This document shows, piece after piece, positions 9,374-18,744 of a DNA stretch of 51,946 nucleotides. The stretch is from the NCBI GenBank assembly GCA_021796545.1, contig JAKABX010000003.1, forward strand, positions 1 through 51,946, written 5' to 3'. The stretch's first letter is position 1. Each line of letters opens with the position of its first letter. The position numbers and the translations under genes are program-made. Below the pieces are notes generated by a model. That model worked only from the letters and a program-made list of their open reading frames with translations, did not search any database and was not told where the DNA came from. This DNA comes from Actinomycetes bacterium. GTDB taxonomy: Bacteria; Actinomycetota; Acidimicrobiia; Acidimicrobiales; Bog-793.

Positions 9374-10183
9374 GTGTTCAGTGGCTTCATGCTCAACACC
9401 TGGGTCGCGGCGACCCTGGTCGCCGTCGTCGCCGGCGCGGTCGGCCTGTTCGTCGCGCTGCGCGGCTCGTCCTTCGTCGCGCACGCGGTCCCCCACGGGG
9501 CTTTCGGCGGCGCGGCGGGGGCGGCATTGCTCGGCTGGAACCCCGTTCTCGGCCTCGGCATCTTCGCCGCGGGCGGCGCGCTCTCGATGGGGTGGCTCTC
9601 GCGCCGGGGCCGCCACGACGTCGGGACGGCTCTCGCACTCGTGACGATGCTCGGCACCGGTGCCCTCTTCCTCAGCTGGAGCAACGAGTACGCGTCGCAG
9701 GTCTACGCGCTGCTGTTCGGCGAGGTGCTCGGTGTCGCCCGTGGCGAGCTCTTGCCGATCGCGGGCGTCGGTGCCGCGAGCCTCGGCGTGCTCGCGCTCG
9801 TCGCCCGGCCCCTCCTCGCCACCTCGGTGCTCGCCGACGCGGCGCCGACCCGGGGGCGGGGTGCGCGACGGGTCGAGACGGCCTTCCTCCTCCTCGTCGC
9901 GCTCGCGACGACGATGAGCGTCCCGGTCGTCGGGGCGCTCTTGATGTTCAGCCTGATGGTGGCCCCGGGGGCGACCGCGCGCCTTGTCAGCGACCGACCC
10001 GGGCGTGCCGCCGCGGTCTCGGTCGCGCTTGCGCTCGGGATCGTCTGGAGCGCCGTCGCGCTCTCCTACGTGCTCAACTGGCCGGTGGGCTTCTTTGTCG
10101 GGACCCTCGGCGCCCTCGCGTACGGCGGTGGACGTCTGCTCGCCCTCCGGCGCGCCGGCGCCGGCGCGCCGGAGGGGGGCTAG
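9374..10183 (+). CDS. Metal ABC transporter permease (second ZnuB-like subunit)
   Basis: LRGSSFVAHAVPH, LLFGEVLGV, VVGALLMFSLMVAPGATA; GGAGG RBS. Confidence 0.88.
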   Translation: MFSGFMLNTWVAATLVAVVAGAVGLFVALRGSSFVAHAVPHGAFGGAAGAALLGWNPVLGLGIFAAGGALSMGWLSRRGRHDVGTALALVTMLGTGALFLSWSNEYASQVYALLFGEVLGVARGELLPIAGVGAASLGVLALVARPLLATSVLADAAPTRGRGARRVETAFLLLVALATTMSVPVVGALLMFSLMVAPGATARLVSDRPGRAAAVSVALALGIVWSAVALSYVLNWPVGFFVGTLGALAYGGGRLLALRRAGAGAPEGG

Positions 10184-10194
10184 CGTCGCTTGCG

Positions 10195-10923
10195 ATGTGC
10201 GGCCGCTTCGTGCTCGCCACCCGCCCCGAGCGCCTCGCCGAGCACTTCGGGGCGCGCCTCGCTCCGGAGGTCGAGGACGAGGTCGCGCCGAGCTGGAACG
10301 TGGCGCCGACGCGCGCCGTGCTCGCCGTCACGCTCGCGCCCGACGGCGCCCGCGAGCTCGGGGCGTTCCGCTGGGGTCTCGTGCCGAGCTTCGCCCGGGA
10401 CGAGAGCATCGGCAACCGCCTCATCAACGCGCGGGCCGAAACCCTCGCGGACAAGCCGGCGTTCCGCGTCGCGTTCCGGCGCCGCCGGGCGCTTGTCATC
10501 GCCGACGGCTTCTACGAGTGGCGGCGCGCGCCGGGCGGGGCGCGCCAGCCCTTCTACTTCTCGCGCCGCGACGGCGCCCCCCTCGCCTTCGCCGGACTCT
10601 ACGAGCTGTGGCGCCCTGACCCAGCCTCAGCGTGGCTGCGGACCTGCACGATCGTGACCACCGACGCCGGAGCCGACGTCGCGCCCGTGCACGACCGCAT
10701 GCCCGCCGTCCTCGAGGAGGCGGACCAGGCGACTTGGCTCGAGGTCCCCGCAGACGCGGTGGCCCGTCTGCGGTCGCTGCTCGTGCCGAGCCCGCCCGGC
10801 ACGCTCGTCTGCTGGCCGGTCGATCGGCGCGTCAACAGCCCGCGCAACGACGGGCCGTCGCTGCTTGTGCCGAGCCCGCCCGCCGACGCGCTCCCCGCGT
10901 TCGAGGAGCGCCCCACGGCCTGA
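10195..10923 (+). CDS. SOS response-associated peptidase (SRAP/YedK/HMCES abasic-site protein)
   Basis: MCGRF N-terminus with Cys2, WNVAPT, WGLVP, LINARAET, DGFYEW, HDRMP. Confidence 0.95.
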   Translation: MCGRFVLATRPERLAEHFGARLAPEVEDEVAPSWNVAPTRAVLAVTLAPDGARELGAFRWGLVPSFARDESIGNRLINARAETLADKPAFRVAFRRRRALVIADGFYEWRRAPGGARQPFYFSRRDGAPLAFAGLYELWRPDPASAWLRTCTIVTTDAGADVAPVHDRMPAVLEEADQATWLEVPADAVARLRSLLVPSPPGTLVCWPVDRRVNSPRNDGPSLLVPSPPADALPAFEERPTA

Positions 10924-10992
10924 GGGCCGGGGGCATTCTCGCGGCGCCGCCCCGGGCGCGGGGGGAACGGTGCCGAGCGGCTCGCGAAGGCG

Positions 10993-12681
10993 TCAGCGCG
11001 CACGGCGCTCGCCGAGGCGGCGAAGGGGCGCCGTGACCCGCCAGCTCGTCGACGCGCGCAGCTCGGCGATCTCCTGCTCGCAGCGGGCGAGCATCGCCTC
11101 GAGGCGGGCGACCCGCCCGTCGTCGTTGGACGGGTCACGTGGCGCCGCGGCGGCATCACGGGCGAGGCGCAGGGCCTCGCGGGCGTCCCAGAGAGCGGCG
11201 ACCGATCCCGCCGGCAGCAGGAGCGGCCCGGCGTCGAGCCGCTGGGCGAGGAGCCGGCGGGCGTCCTCGGTCGTCGTCTCGGGCGGCTCGCCGACGGGGC
11301 GGCGCCGCAGAGTCACGACCTCGCCCGGCGCCTCGTGGACACCGCAGAGCATCGCGACCTCGAGGAGCAGGGACTCCTCCTCGGCACCGGGCACGGCGGC
11401 GTCGACAGAGAAGCCGAGATCCGCGAAGGCCGAGCGGGGGAGCGCGTAGCTGCCCGGCGGCGAGGCGGTCTCAAAGAGGTGCTCGGCGAGCAGGAAGCGT
11501 GCCCGCCCCGTCGGGGCTGCGGGCCCCGTGACGCGCCAGGCCCCGCCCTCGGGCACCACCGGCTGGGCGAGCGCCAGAGCGCGCAGGACCGCTTCGGGGT
11601 GCTCGGCACCGAGACGGGCGAAGGTCTCGACGAAGTGCGGGTAGACAAGGCTGCGTCCGTCCAGCACCGTGAGGTGACGGCCCGTCGCCGCCGCGATGGC
11701 TGCGGCGAGGCCGCGGCCGCGATCCGCCGGCGCGTCGACCACGACCGTGCGGGCTCCGAGGTCGGGGGAGAGCGCCGCGAGCGCGTCGGCGAACGCCCCG
11801 TGCGCGCCGCGCGGTGCACAGCACACCACCTCAAAGTCCCGCGAGCGCTGCGCGTCGAGGCAGAGCAGCAGGTCGCTCGGTGGCCCGCCGGCGCCGGCGA
11901 GCAGCACCACGCTCAACGCGGGACCCCCCGCGCCGGGGGACGGGGGAGCAACGGGGGGCGCGGGGCGGTACGCGCGCACGAACTGGTTCGTGACGCTCGC
12001 CGGCGCGGCCCGGCTGCGCACCTGCGCGATCAGCGCGCGCAGCGGCGTCGGCGCCATCGTCGCCGCGTCGGGCGGGGTGTGCTGGTCGCTTTCGGCAAGG
12101 ACGAAGTCGTCGGCGCCGACCTGGAGCCAGCCGCCTTGGGCGAAGGTCGTCTCGAGGCGCGCCGGCGAGTAGAGGGAGACATGGGTCACGTCGAGCAGGC
12201 CGACCGGGGTCACGTCCCAGCGTCCGAGGAGCAGCTTCGCCGCGAGGTCGACGTGGGTCACGTTCGGGATCGAGACGACGAGGGGTGCGTCCCCGTGCGC
12301 GGCGCACAGGGTGCGCACGGTCGCGAGCAGCTGCGCGCCGACGGTGAGGTGCTCGATGACGTCGAGCGCCATCACGCCGCCGAGGGGGCGACCGCCAAGG
12401 AGCGCGCCGAGGCGCGCGCCGAGCCCTTCGGTGTCGCTCAGATCGACGACCGCCGTGGCGAATCCCCGGCCGGCGAGGTCGGCAAGGCCGTCCTGTTCGG
12501 TATCGACGCCGATGTAGGTGAAGCCGAGGTCCCGCACGGGCTCCGCGACCGCGCCGAAGCCGCAACCGAGGTCGAGAACGACCCCGGTGCGCGGGGCGCG
12601 CGTCGCCTGCTCGAGGAGCCCGACGGCGCGGCCGTAGGGGGCGTCGGGACTGTAGAGGGAGTGGTAGCGCTGGGTGTCCAT
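10993..12681 (-). CDS. Class I SAM methyltransferase fused to a degenerate GT2-like domain and a C-terminal coiled coil
   Basis: VLDLGCGFG, LDVIEHL, SIPNVTH, GLLDVTH; C-terminus EQEIAELRASTSWRVTAPLRRL. Confidence 0.75.
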   Translation of the reverse strand: MDTQRYHSLYSPDAPYGRAVGLLEQATRAPRTGVVLDLGCGFGAVAEPVRDLGFTYIGVDTEQDGLADLAGRGFATAVVDLSDTEGLGARLGALLGGRPLGGVMALDVIEHLTVGAQLLATVRTLCAAHGDAPLVVSIPNVTHVDLAAKLLLGRWDVTPVGLLDVTHVSLYSPARLETTFAQGGWLQVGADDFVLAESDQHTPPDAATMAPTPLRALIAQVRSRAAPASVTNQFVRAYRPAPPVAPPSPGAGGPALSVVLLAGAGGPPSDLLLCLDAQRSRDFEVVCCAPRGAHGAFADALAALSPDLGARTVVVDAPADRGRGLAAAIAAATGRHLTVLDGRSLVYPHFVETFARLGAEHPEAVLRALALAQPVVPEGGAWRVTGPAAPTGRARFLLAEHLFETASPPGSYALPRSAFADLGFSVDAAVPGAEEESLLLEVAMLCGVHEAPGEVVTLRRRPVGEPPETTTEDARRLLAQRLDAGPLLLPAGSVAALWDAREALRLARDAAAAPRDPSNDDGRVARLEAMLARCEQEIAELRASTSWRVTAPLRRLGERRAR

Positions 12682-14462
12682 CAGTCGGCTCCCGCTGCGA
12701 ACGGCGCGTCGACGACGTAGGGGGCATCCACGTACGCGCTGCGGTAGCCGGCCGCCGCCGCGGCGGCGACGAGGTCCGCCTCGCCGGCCGCGGCCTCGAG
12801 CACCGCGCGCCGCACGAGCGCGCAGCGCGCCGGGCCGAGCAGGCGCCCGCCCTCGGGCCAGGTGTTGTCTTCGTCGCCGGCGGCCGGCTCGGCGACGGGG
12901 AGGCGCCGCGCGAAGACGACGCCGACGTCGGGGGCGAGCGATCCGACAAGCGCCGCCGGCAGTGTCGGGCCGACCACACAGCTGCCGTCCACGAGGAGGA
13001 CGAGAGGCGCCCCGGGGCCGAGGCCGAGCAGGCCGCTGTGCGCGTCGGGGAGTGAGACGAGCTTGCCGACGTGCTCGTAGCACAGCGCCCGCACGCCGTC
13101 GCGCTGCAGGGTCGCCGCGAGCGCGTCGAGGCGCTGGGGCCCGAGAGCCGCGACGCTCGAGCGGTCCGCGATGGCAAGGTCGGTCGCTCCCGCGAGCCCT
13201 GCGCCGCGCAGCGCCCGCGCGAGGGCGCCGAGGGCGCGTCCGAGCGCGCCGGGCGGAAGTGGCGAGAGCGCGAGCTGGACGCGCAGTGCCGCTGCCGGAG
13301 CGTCGTGACCGGCGCCGAGCACATGCCCGGACCCCCCGGCGACGGGCGTCTCGGGTCCCTCGCCGGGATTCGGGTTGCCCGCGAGCCCGGCGCCGCTCAG
13401 TCGTTGGAGGAGGAGGCCCGCGTCGAGGTCGTCGGCATCGAGGAGGCCCGCCGGGTCGCGCAGGAACGACGTGCCGGGCGTGTGCTCGTCGTAGTGGATG
13501 TGCCAGCCCGCCGCGCGTTCGCCGGGGTGGAACCGGCCCTGACGCTCGCGGAAGATCTTGCGCTCGCCGTGCGCCTGTGAGCGGATCGGATAGTGGCGGA
13601 GGAGGAACTTGTAGGGGAAGACGCGCCGGTCGGCGAAGCTCGCCTCGTGCCCGCCGGTCTCGGCGATTTGGACGGGCTCGGGCTGGGGCTTCCACGCCTT
13701 CTGCTCGCAGAAGTGGCTCGCGACATCACCGAACTCGAAGTGGCGGAAGTGGGTGACGAGGTCCGCGTCAGCGGTGAAGCTGTCGTCGACCGGCAGGAAG
13801 TTCACGACGGTGTGGTCCGCGCAGTTGAAGCCGAAGCTCTCGATCGCGAACAGCGAACGGCGCAGCCCGACCCCCGGCCAGGGGCCCTCGCGCACCTCGT
13901 CCGCGTCGTGGTGGATGACCCAGTCCGCGCCGCTTTCGTGGGCGACCTCCTCGACGCGGCGGAGAAGCGCCTTCAGCTCGAAGTACGGGGTCGGACCCGC
14001 GGACGGGAAACGCTCCATCGTGCACCCGCCCTCGGCGCAGGCCGCCGCGACGATCTCGGCGGTCCCGTCGGTCGACCAGTTGTCGATGACGTGGACCCGG
14101 ATCGCGTCGGCGCGCAGCCGCTCGAGCAGGCTGCCCACGATGTCGGCCTCGTTGAAGGTCGTCACGATCGCCAGCACGTCGAAGTCCTCGGGGGGCCCCC
14201 CGGCCGCCCCCGGGTCGAAGCGGTCGAAGAGCGCGAAGCCCGGCCCCGAGAAGCGCAGCGAGAGGAGCCCCGGCTCGATCCCGTCAGGGTCGATCGGCGT
14301 GCCCACCGCCTGGTGGCGCACGAGCGCGACCACGGCATCGTCGGCGAGGCGCGCCCCCCCCTCGCCGAGAACGACCTCGGCGAGGGGGGGGCGGCCCTCC
14401 TCGGCGAGGCGGCGCCGGAGGTAGGTCGCGAACGCGTCGAGGGGCGGTGGGGGGAGCTCCAT
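12681..14462 (-). CDS. Glycosyltransferase family 2 protein (two-domain)
   Basis: TTFNEADI, IDNWSTDGT, WVIHHDADE, LRHYPIRS; its stop overlaps the next ATG. Confidence 0.8.
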   Translation of the reverse strand: MELPPPPLDAFATYLRRRLAEEGRPPLAEVVLGEGGARLADDAVVALVRHQAVGTPIDPDGIEPGLLSLRFSGPGFALFDRFDPGAAGGPPEDFDVLAIVTTFNEADIVGSLLERLRADAIRVHVIDNWSTDGTAEIVAAACAEGGCTMERFPSAGPTPYFELKALLRRVEEVAHESGADWVIHHDADEVREGPWPGVGLRRSLFAIESFGFNCADHTVVNFLPVDDSFTADADLVTHFRHFEFGDVASHFCEQKAWKPQPEPVQIAETGGHEASFADRRVFPYKFLLRHYPIRSQAHGERKIFRERQGRFHPGERAAGWHIHYDEHTPGTSFLRDPAGLLDADDLDAGLLLQRLSGAGLAGNPNPGEGPETPVAGGSGHVLGAGHDAPAAALRVQLALSPLPPGALGRALGALARALRGAGLAGATDLAIADRSSVAALGPQRLDALAATLQRDGVRALCYEHVGKLVSLPDAHSGLLGLGPGAPLVLLVDGSCVVGPTLPAALVGSLAPDVGVVFARRLPVAEPAAGDEDNTWPEGGRLLGPARCALVRRAVLEAAAGEADLVAAAAAAGYRSAYVDAPYVVDAPFAAGAD

Positions 14463-14546
14463 GGCTGGCCCGACGCTACCGGTCTCCCGCCGGGGCGCGC
14501 GGGTCCACCCGCCGGGAGGGCTCGGCTCGGTAGCCTTCCCTTCGAG

Positions 14547-16874
14547 ATGAGCGCCCGGGCCCGCCCACGCTGGCGCGCGGACGCCGCCGCATGCACCTTT
14601 CTCGTGCTCCTCGGGGGCCTGCTGCTCGCGCCGGCGCTCGTGCACGGCGCCTCGATCGGGCCGACCGACGTGATGCGCGAGCTCGGCCTCACGAGCCGGG
14701 TCGCCCCCCAGGTCCACAATCCGGTGGGCTCGGACGAGATCGAGGAGTTCATGCCCTGGCAGCTGCTCGCCTGGCAGCAGGTGCACGCCGGCCACTGGCC
14801 GATCTGGAACCCCTTCAGCCTGCTCGGGATGCCGCTCGCATTCAATGTCGAGTCCGCGCCCTTCAGCCTGCCGGTTGCTCTCTCCTACGCGTTCCCGGCC
14901 TTCCTCACCCACACGGTCGCGATCGCCGCGCGCCTGCTCATCGGCGGGACGGGGATGTACGTGCTCGGGCGCGTCATCGGCCTCGACCCGCTCGCAGCCG
15001 TGTTCGGCGCGAGCGTCTTCGAGCTCTCTGGCGCCTACACGATCTGGCTCGGCGCGTACGAGTCGGGTGTCCTCGGGTTCACCGGATACGTGCTGGCGGC
15101 CTCCGTGCTCGTCGCGCGTCAGGCGCGACGGGCACGCGCGATCGCGCTGCTCGCGGTCGCGCTGGCGCTCGCGTTCCTCGGTGGCGAGCCCCAGATCGCG
15201 CTGATCCTGGTCGGCGGTCTCGCCCTGTTCGCGGGGGTGTTCGCGCTCGCGGCGCGCCGGCATGGCCCGCCCGGGCGCGCGCGACGGATCGTCGTCGACC
15301 ACCTCCTCGGCGTCCTCGCCGGCGCGGGTCTGGTCGCACCGGTGTACCTGCCCGCCACCCAGCTCGGCCTGCTCTCGGCGCGCGCGACGAGCCCGGGGAT
15401 CTCCAACCTCCCGCTCTACGACCTCACCCACCTCATGCTTGCCGGGTACAACGGCGTCCCCACCGACGTCAACGACATCATCGGCCCGAACAACCTCTAC
15501 GTCTCGATGGTCTATGTCGGCGTGATCGCCTTGGCGCTCGGCGCGGCCGCCTTCGCCCACCGCCAACGCCGCATCGAGGTCCTCGCGGCGGCCGCGATGG
15601 CCGCGGGGCTCACCGTCGTGCTCTTCGTCCCGCTCGTGCCCGACGCCCTCGCGCACGTGCCGGTGCTGCGCGTCTTCCGCCTCGACCTCGCGACGCCGAT
15701 GCTGGACGGCGCCCTGGCGCTGCTCGCCGCGCTCGGAGCCGACGCGCTCTTGCGCGCGGACCCAGCGTGGCGCCGTTGGCCTCCGTCGCCCGACGTGGTT
15801 CTCCTCGGCGCAGCGCTCCTGTTAGCGGGCGCGCTCGCCGTGCTCGGCGCGCGGCTCGCGCTCAACGTCGACCATCTCGACGCGGCGCAGGCCGCGCTGC
15901 GCGGCCGCAGCTTCCTGTGGCCGTCGCTCTCGCTCGCCGCGCTCTTCGCCGTCGTCACCGCGCGCGCCCGGGCGCGCGGCGGGGGCACGGGCGCGCTGCG
16001 GCGCGCGCTCGCTCGGCGCGCCGGTATCGTCGTGCTGCTCGGGACCGAGTGTGCGTTCCTCCTGCTCGCCGGCCAGGGCCCGATCTCTTCGGCGCCCGCG
16101 CCCCTCCCGCGCTCGGTGGCGGTCGTGCGCCTGCAGCGTCTGGTCGGGAAAGGGCTCGTCGGCATCGGGCGCTGCGCCGAGAACGCCTTTCCCGACGCGG
16201 GCGTGCTGCCCGACGCCAATGTCGCCTACGGACTCGCGCAGCTGAGCGTCTACGACCCGATCGTGCCGGCCGCCTACTACCGGTCCTATGGCGCGGCCGC
16301 GGGCACGACGCGCGCCGTGCTGTGGCCGCACGTGTTCTGCCCGCAGATCACCTCGGCGCGCCTCGCCCGCCTCTACGGCGTCTCCGACATCCTCGAACCG
16401 CCCGGCGCGCCCGCACCGGCGGGGACGTCCTATGTGGCGACGATCCACGGCGAGCGGCTCTACTCGGTGCCGGGATCGGGACGGGCGACGCTGAGCGTCG
16501 CCGGGCGGGCGAGCGTCGTCACCGCCCGCCAGCCGGCACCGGGTACCTGGCGCATCGTCCTCGACGCGCGGCGCGCGGGCACCCTCGAGCTGCGGATCAC
16601 CGACGTCCCGGGGTGGCGCGCGACCCTGGACGGCAGGGCGCTCGCGCTCGAGAGCTTCCACCAGGTCATGCTCGCGGCGAGGGTCCCCGCGGGACGCCAC
16701 GTCGTCGTGCTCACCTACTGGCCCCGGCTCCTCAGCGTCGGTCTCGCGCTCGCCGCGCTCGCCGCGCTCGGTCTCGCCATCGGGCTTGTCGCCGAGGCGG
16801 CCCGGGCGCGGCGCACCCGGCACGTGGCGGGCGAGGGGGACTGCGCTGGCCCCGCGGCGGGCAGCGCGTCCTGA
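14547..16874 (+). CDS. YfhO-family (GT-C-like) polytopic membrane glycosyltransferase
   Basis: PIWNPFSLLGMPL, multiple TM segments, GGEPQ, YDP, and C-terminal PGWRATLDG...VPAGRHVVVLTYWP. Confidence 0.8.
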   Translation: MSARARPRWRADAAACTFLVLLGGLLLAPALVHGASIGPTDVMRELGLTSRVAPQVHNPVGSDEIEEFMPWQLLAWQQVHAGHWPIWNPFSLLGMPLAFNVESAPFSLPVALSYAFPAFLTHTVAIAARLLIGGTGMYVLGRVIGLDPLAAVFGASVFELSGAYTIWLGAYESGVLGFTGYVLAASVLVARQARRARAIALLAVALALAFLGGEPQIALILVGGLALFAGVFALAARRHGPPGRARRIVVDHLLGVLAGAGLVAPVYLPATQLGLLSARATSPGISNLPLYDLTHLMLAGYNGVPTDVNDIIGPNNLYVSMVYVGVIALALGAAAFAHRQRRIEVLAAAAMAAGLTVVLFVPLVPDALAHVPVLRVFRLDLATPMLDGALALLAALGADALLRADPAWRRWPPSPDVVLLGAALLLAGALAVLGARLALNVDHLDAAQAALRGRSFLWPSLSLAALFAVVTARARARGGGTGALRRALARRAGIVVLLGTECAFLLLAGQGPISSAPAPLPRSVAVVRLQRLVGKGLVGIGRCAENAFPDAGVLPDANVAYGLAQLSVYDPIVPAAYYRSYGAAAGTTRAVLWPHVFCPQITSARLARLYGVSDILEPPGAPAPAGTSYVATIHGERLYSVPGSGRATLSVAGRASVVTARQPAPGTWRIVLDARRAGTLELRITDVPGWRATLDGRALALESFHQVMLAARVPAGRHVVVLTYWPRLLSVGLALAALAALGLAIGLVAEAARARRTRHVAGEGDCAGPAAGSAS

Positions 16875-16935
16875 GCGGGTCGCGCCCGTTCGCGACGGTC
16901 GCGCGTGACCCGGGCGCCGCCGGCCGGCCGGGCCG

Positions 16936-17634
16936 TCACAGCACTGCCTGTGCCGGACCGTCCCCCGGCGCCGGGCGCGCTGAGGCGCCCCCCGCCTCGG
17001 CGATCCGACCCCCCAACGTGCGCTGGGTGGTCGCCCACTCGAGGCACGCCTCGGCGAGATCCGCGGCGAAGCGCCAGCGCCGCAGGTGCCCGATGACCGC
17101 GTCGGGCTCCTCGCCGAGCTGCAGCAGGCTCAGCGCGAGCTGGCGGCCGCGTCGGCGAAGCTGTTCGTCGTGCGGGGCGGGCCGCCGTTCGGCCGCCGCC
17201 CGCCGCAGCGCGCGCTCGTGTTCGGCGCGCAGGGCCTCGGGGAGGCGGGCGACGTGCCGGCGGGCGAGCGGGGGCAGGTGGCGCCGCACGAGCAGACGGC
17301 GGCTCTCGAGGCGCGCTGTGTCGAAGTCGACGGCGCGCGCGACGGTCCGGGCGAAGGGGGTGTTGCGCCCCCGCCGGTCGCCGAGGCCGAGGGCGCGGGC
17401 GGCCTCGGCGAGGTCGCAGGCGTAGCCCCCCGGTGCCTCCTCGAGGCCTCGGGCGAAGAAGCGCAGCAGAAGAACGGTCGAGGGACCGAGCACCGGAAGC
17501 CAGAACCTCTCGACGTAGAAAGACAGGGGGCTGTGACCGAGGCGCGCGAGCAGGGGGTCCGTCCACGCCTCGACGCGGAGGACCGCGTCGTCGCCGAGCT
17601 GGTCCAGCTCCTCGAGAACCGTCGTCATCGTCAC
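16936..17634 (-). CDS. Conserved hypothetical protein, possibly winged-helix
   Basis: AGGAG RBS, protein-like composition, YVERFWLPVLGPSTVLLLR block. Confidence 0.7.
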   Translation of the reverse strand: MTMTTVLEELDQLGDDAVLRVEAWTDPLLARLGHSPLSFYVERFWLPVLGPSTVLLLRFFARGLEEAPGGYACDLAEAARALGLGDRRGRNTPFARTVARAVDFDTARLESRRLLVRRHLPPLARRHVARLPEALRAEHERALRRAAAERRPAPHDEQLRRRGRQLALSLLQLGEEPDAVIGHLRRWRFAADLAEACLEWATTQRTLGGRIAEAGGASARPAPGDGPAQAVL

Positions 17635-18001
17635 GCCCTCCTTCGGCCCGCGGCCGTTGTGCTAGCGCCGAGGCTGGTCGGCGGGCGTACCCGCGGACCT
17701 ACCGGACCCGCCGGCCCGTTGGCGCCGAGAGGCTCCGAGCGGCGATTGACCGGGACCTTCAGGGCTGGCGCGCCACGCGCCGCGCCATGGGGCGACCCGT
17801 GCGCGCGGCGAACACCGAGGCGGCCGAGAACGCTGCGCCGCGATCGTGTGGTCGCCGCGCCGGCGCCGGGTGCGGCGCTCGCTCGTCGGGGATCCCGACC
17901 GGACCCTGCCCAGGACGCCTCCCCGAGGCGACCGGACCGGCGCCGCCTGTGCCGCGCGCCGCTCCAGAGGGCACCGGGGTCCGGTGCCGGCCGGGCGGCC
18001 G

Positions 18002-18607
18002 CTACCAGTGCTCGCGGTGGACGACGTCGGCGAGGTCGCGCCGCGGCCGCCGGGCGCTCATGCCCGGCACGTCGTCTCCGGCGCGCCGGCCGAGGGCAAC
18101 GGCGCCGAGGAGGCGTCGTTCCTCGGGGATCCCGAGCGCGGCGAGGCTCTCCTGCTCGCTGCGGTGCAGCCGGAAGAAGAGCGCGCCGACGCCGGCGTCC
18201 TCGGCGGCGAGCAGCAGGGCGAAGACCGAGAACGCCGCGTCGACGAGCCAGTAGGGGGTCGGCCATGCAGCGGCGGGGACGTTGGCGAGGCCGCTCCCGG
18301 CCTTGTCCGGCTCACCGTAGCGTCGCACGTAGGCGCCGGGGTCGGCGACGGGGAGGACGAGCACCGGCGCGGCGAGGAGCGCCGCCGCGCCCGGCGAGGC
18401 GAGCCAGCCCTCTCCGGCGATCGCCCCCCACAGGCGCCGGCGCGCCGGCGCGCCGGTTGCGACGAGGAGGTCGACGCCCTGGGAGAAGCCCGCGGACGGG
18501 ACGCGGCGCGCCTGGTCGAGCACGCGCTCGAGCAGTTCTGCCGGCAGCGGCGCCGGGTCGAAGCGCCGCGTCATGCGCCGTTGGCGCAAGAGTGCGTCGA
18601 ACTCCAC
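18002..18607 (-). CDS. Nitroreductase family protein
   Basis: RRMTRRF, PSAGFSQG, LLLAAEDAGVGA; GTG 7 nt after TAGCGT. Confidence 0.88.
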   Translation of the reverse strand: MEFDALLRQRRMTRRFDPAPLPAELLERVLDQARRVPSAGFSQGVDLLVATGAPARRRLWGAIAGEGWLASPGAAALLAAPVLVLPVADPGAYVRRYGEPDKAGSGLANVPAAAWPTPYWLVDAAFSVFALLLAAEDAGVGALFFRLHRSEQESLAALGIPEERRLLGAVALGRRAGDDVPGMSARRPRRDLADVVHREHW

Positions 18608-18744
18608 GGCCGGCACGCTACCGGTGGCGCGCGCGGTGCGGGAATGTCGACCGATTCGGTAATGTTTTGAGCAGACGGGACGCCCGAGGGGCGGACAGCG
18701 CGGCGGCGGCGAGCCGGCGCGCCCGGAGGGAAGGAAGGCCGCCG

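Noticed and set aside
10195-10923. SRAP gene as a prophage or mutagenesis-cassette marker, or as part of the zinc operon
   Set aside because: No integrase, imuAB/dnaE2 or phage genes nearby, and it has its own -10 box.
17086-18744. Apparent N-terminal extensions making giant fusions (942-aa MoeB; likewise 1093-aa YfhO, 626-aa SurE, 622-aa epimerase)
   Set aside because: The extensions overlap real genes on the opposite strand; internal starts with an RBS or -10 box fit better.
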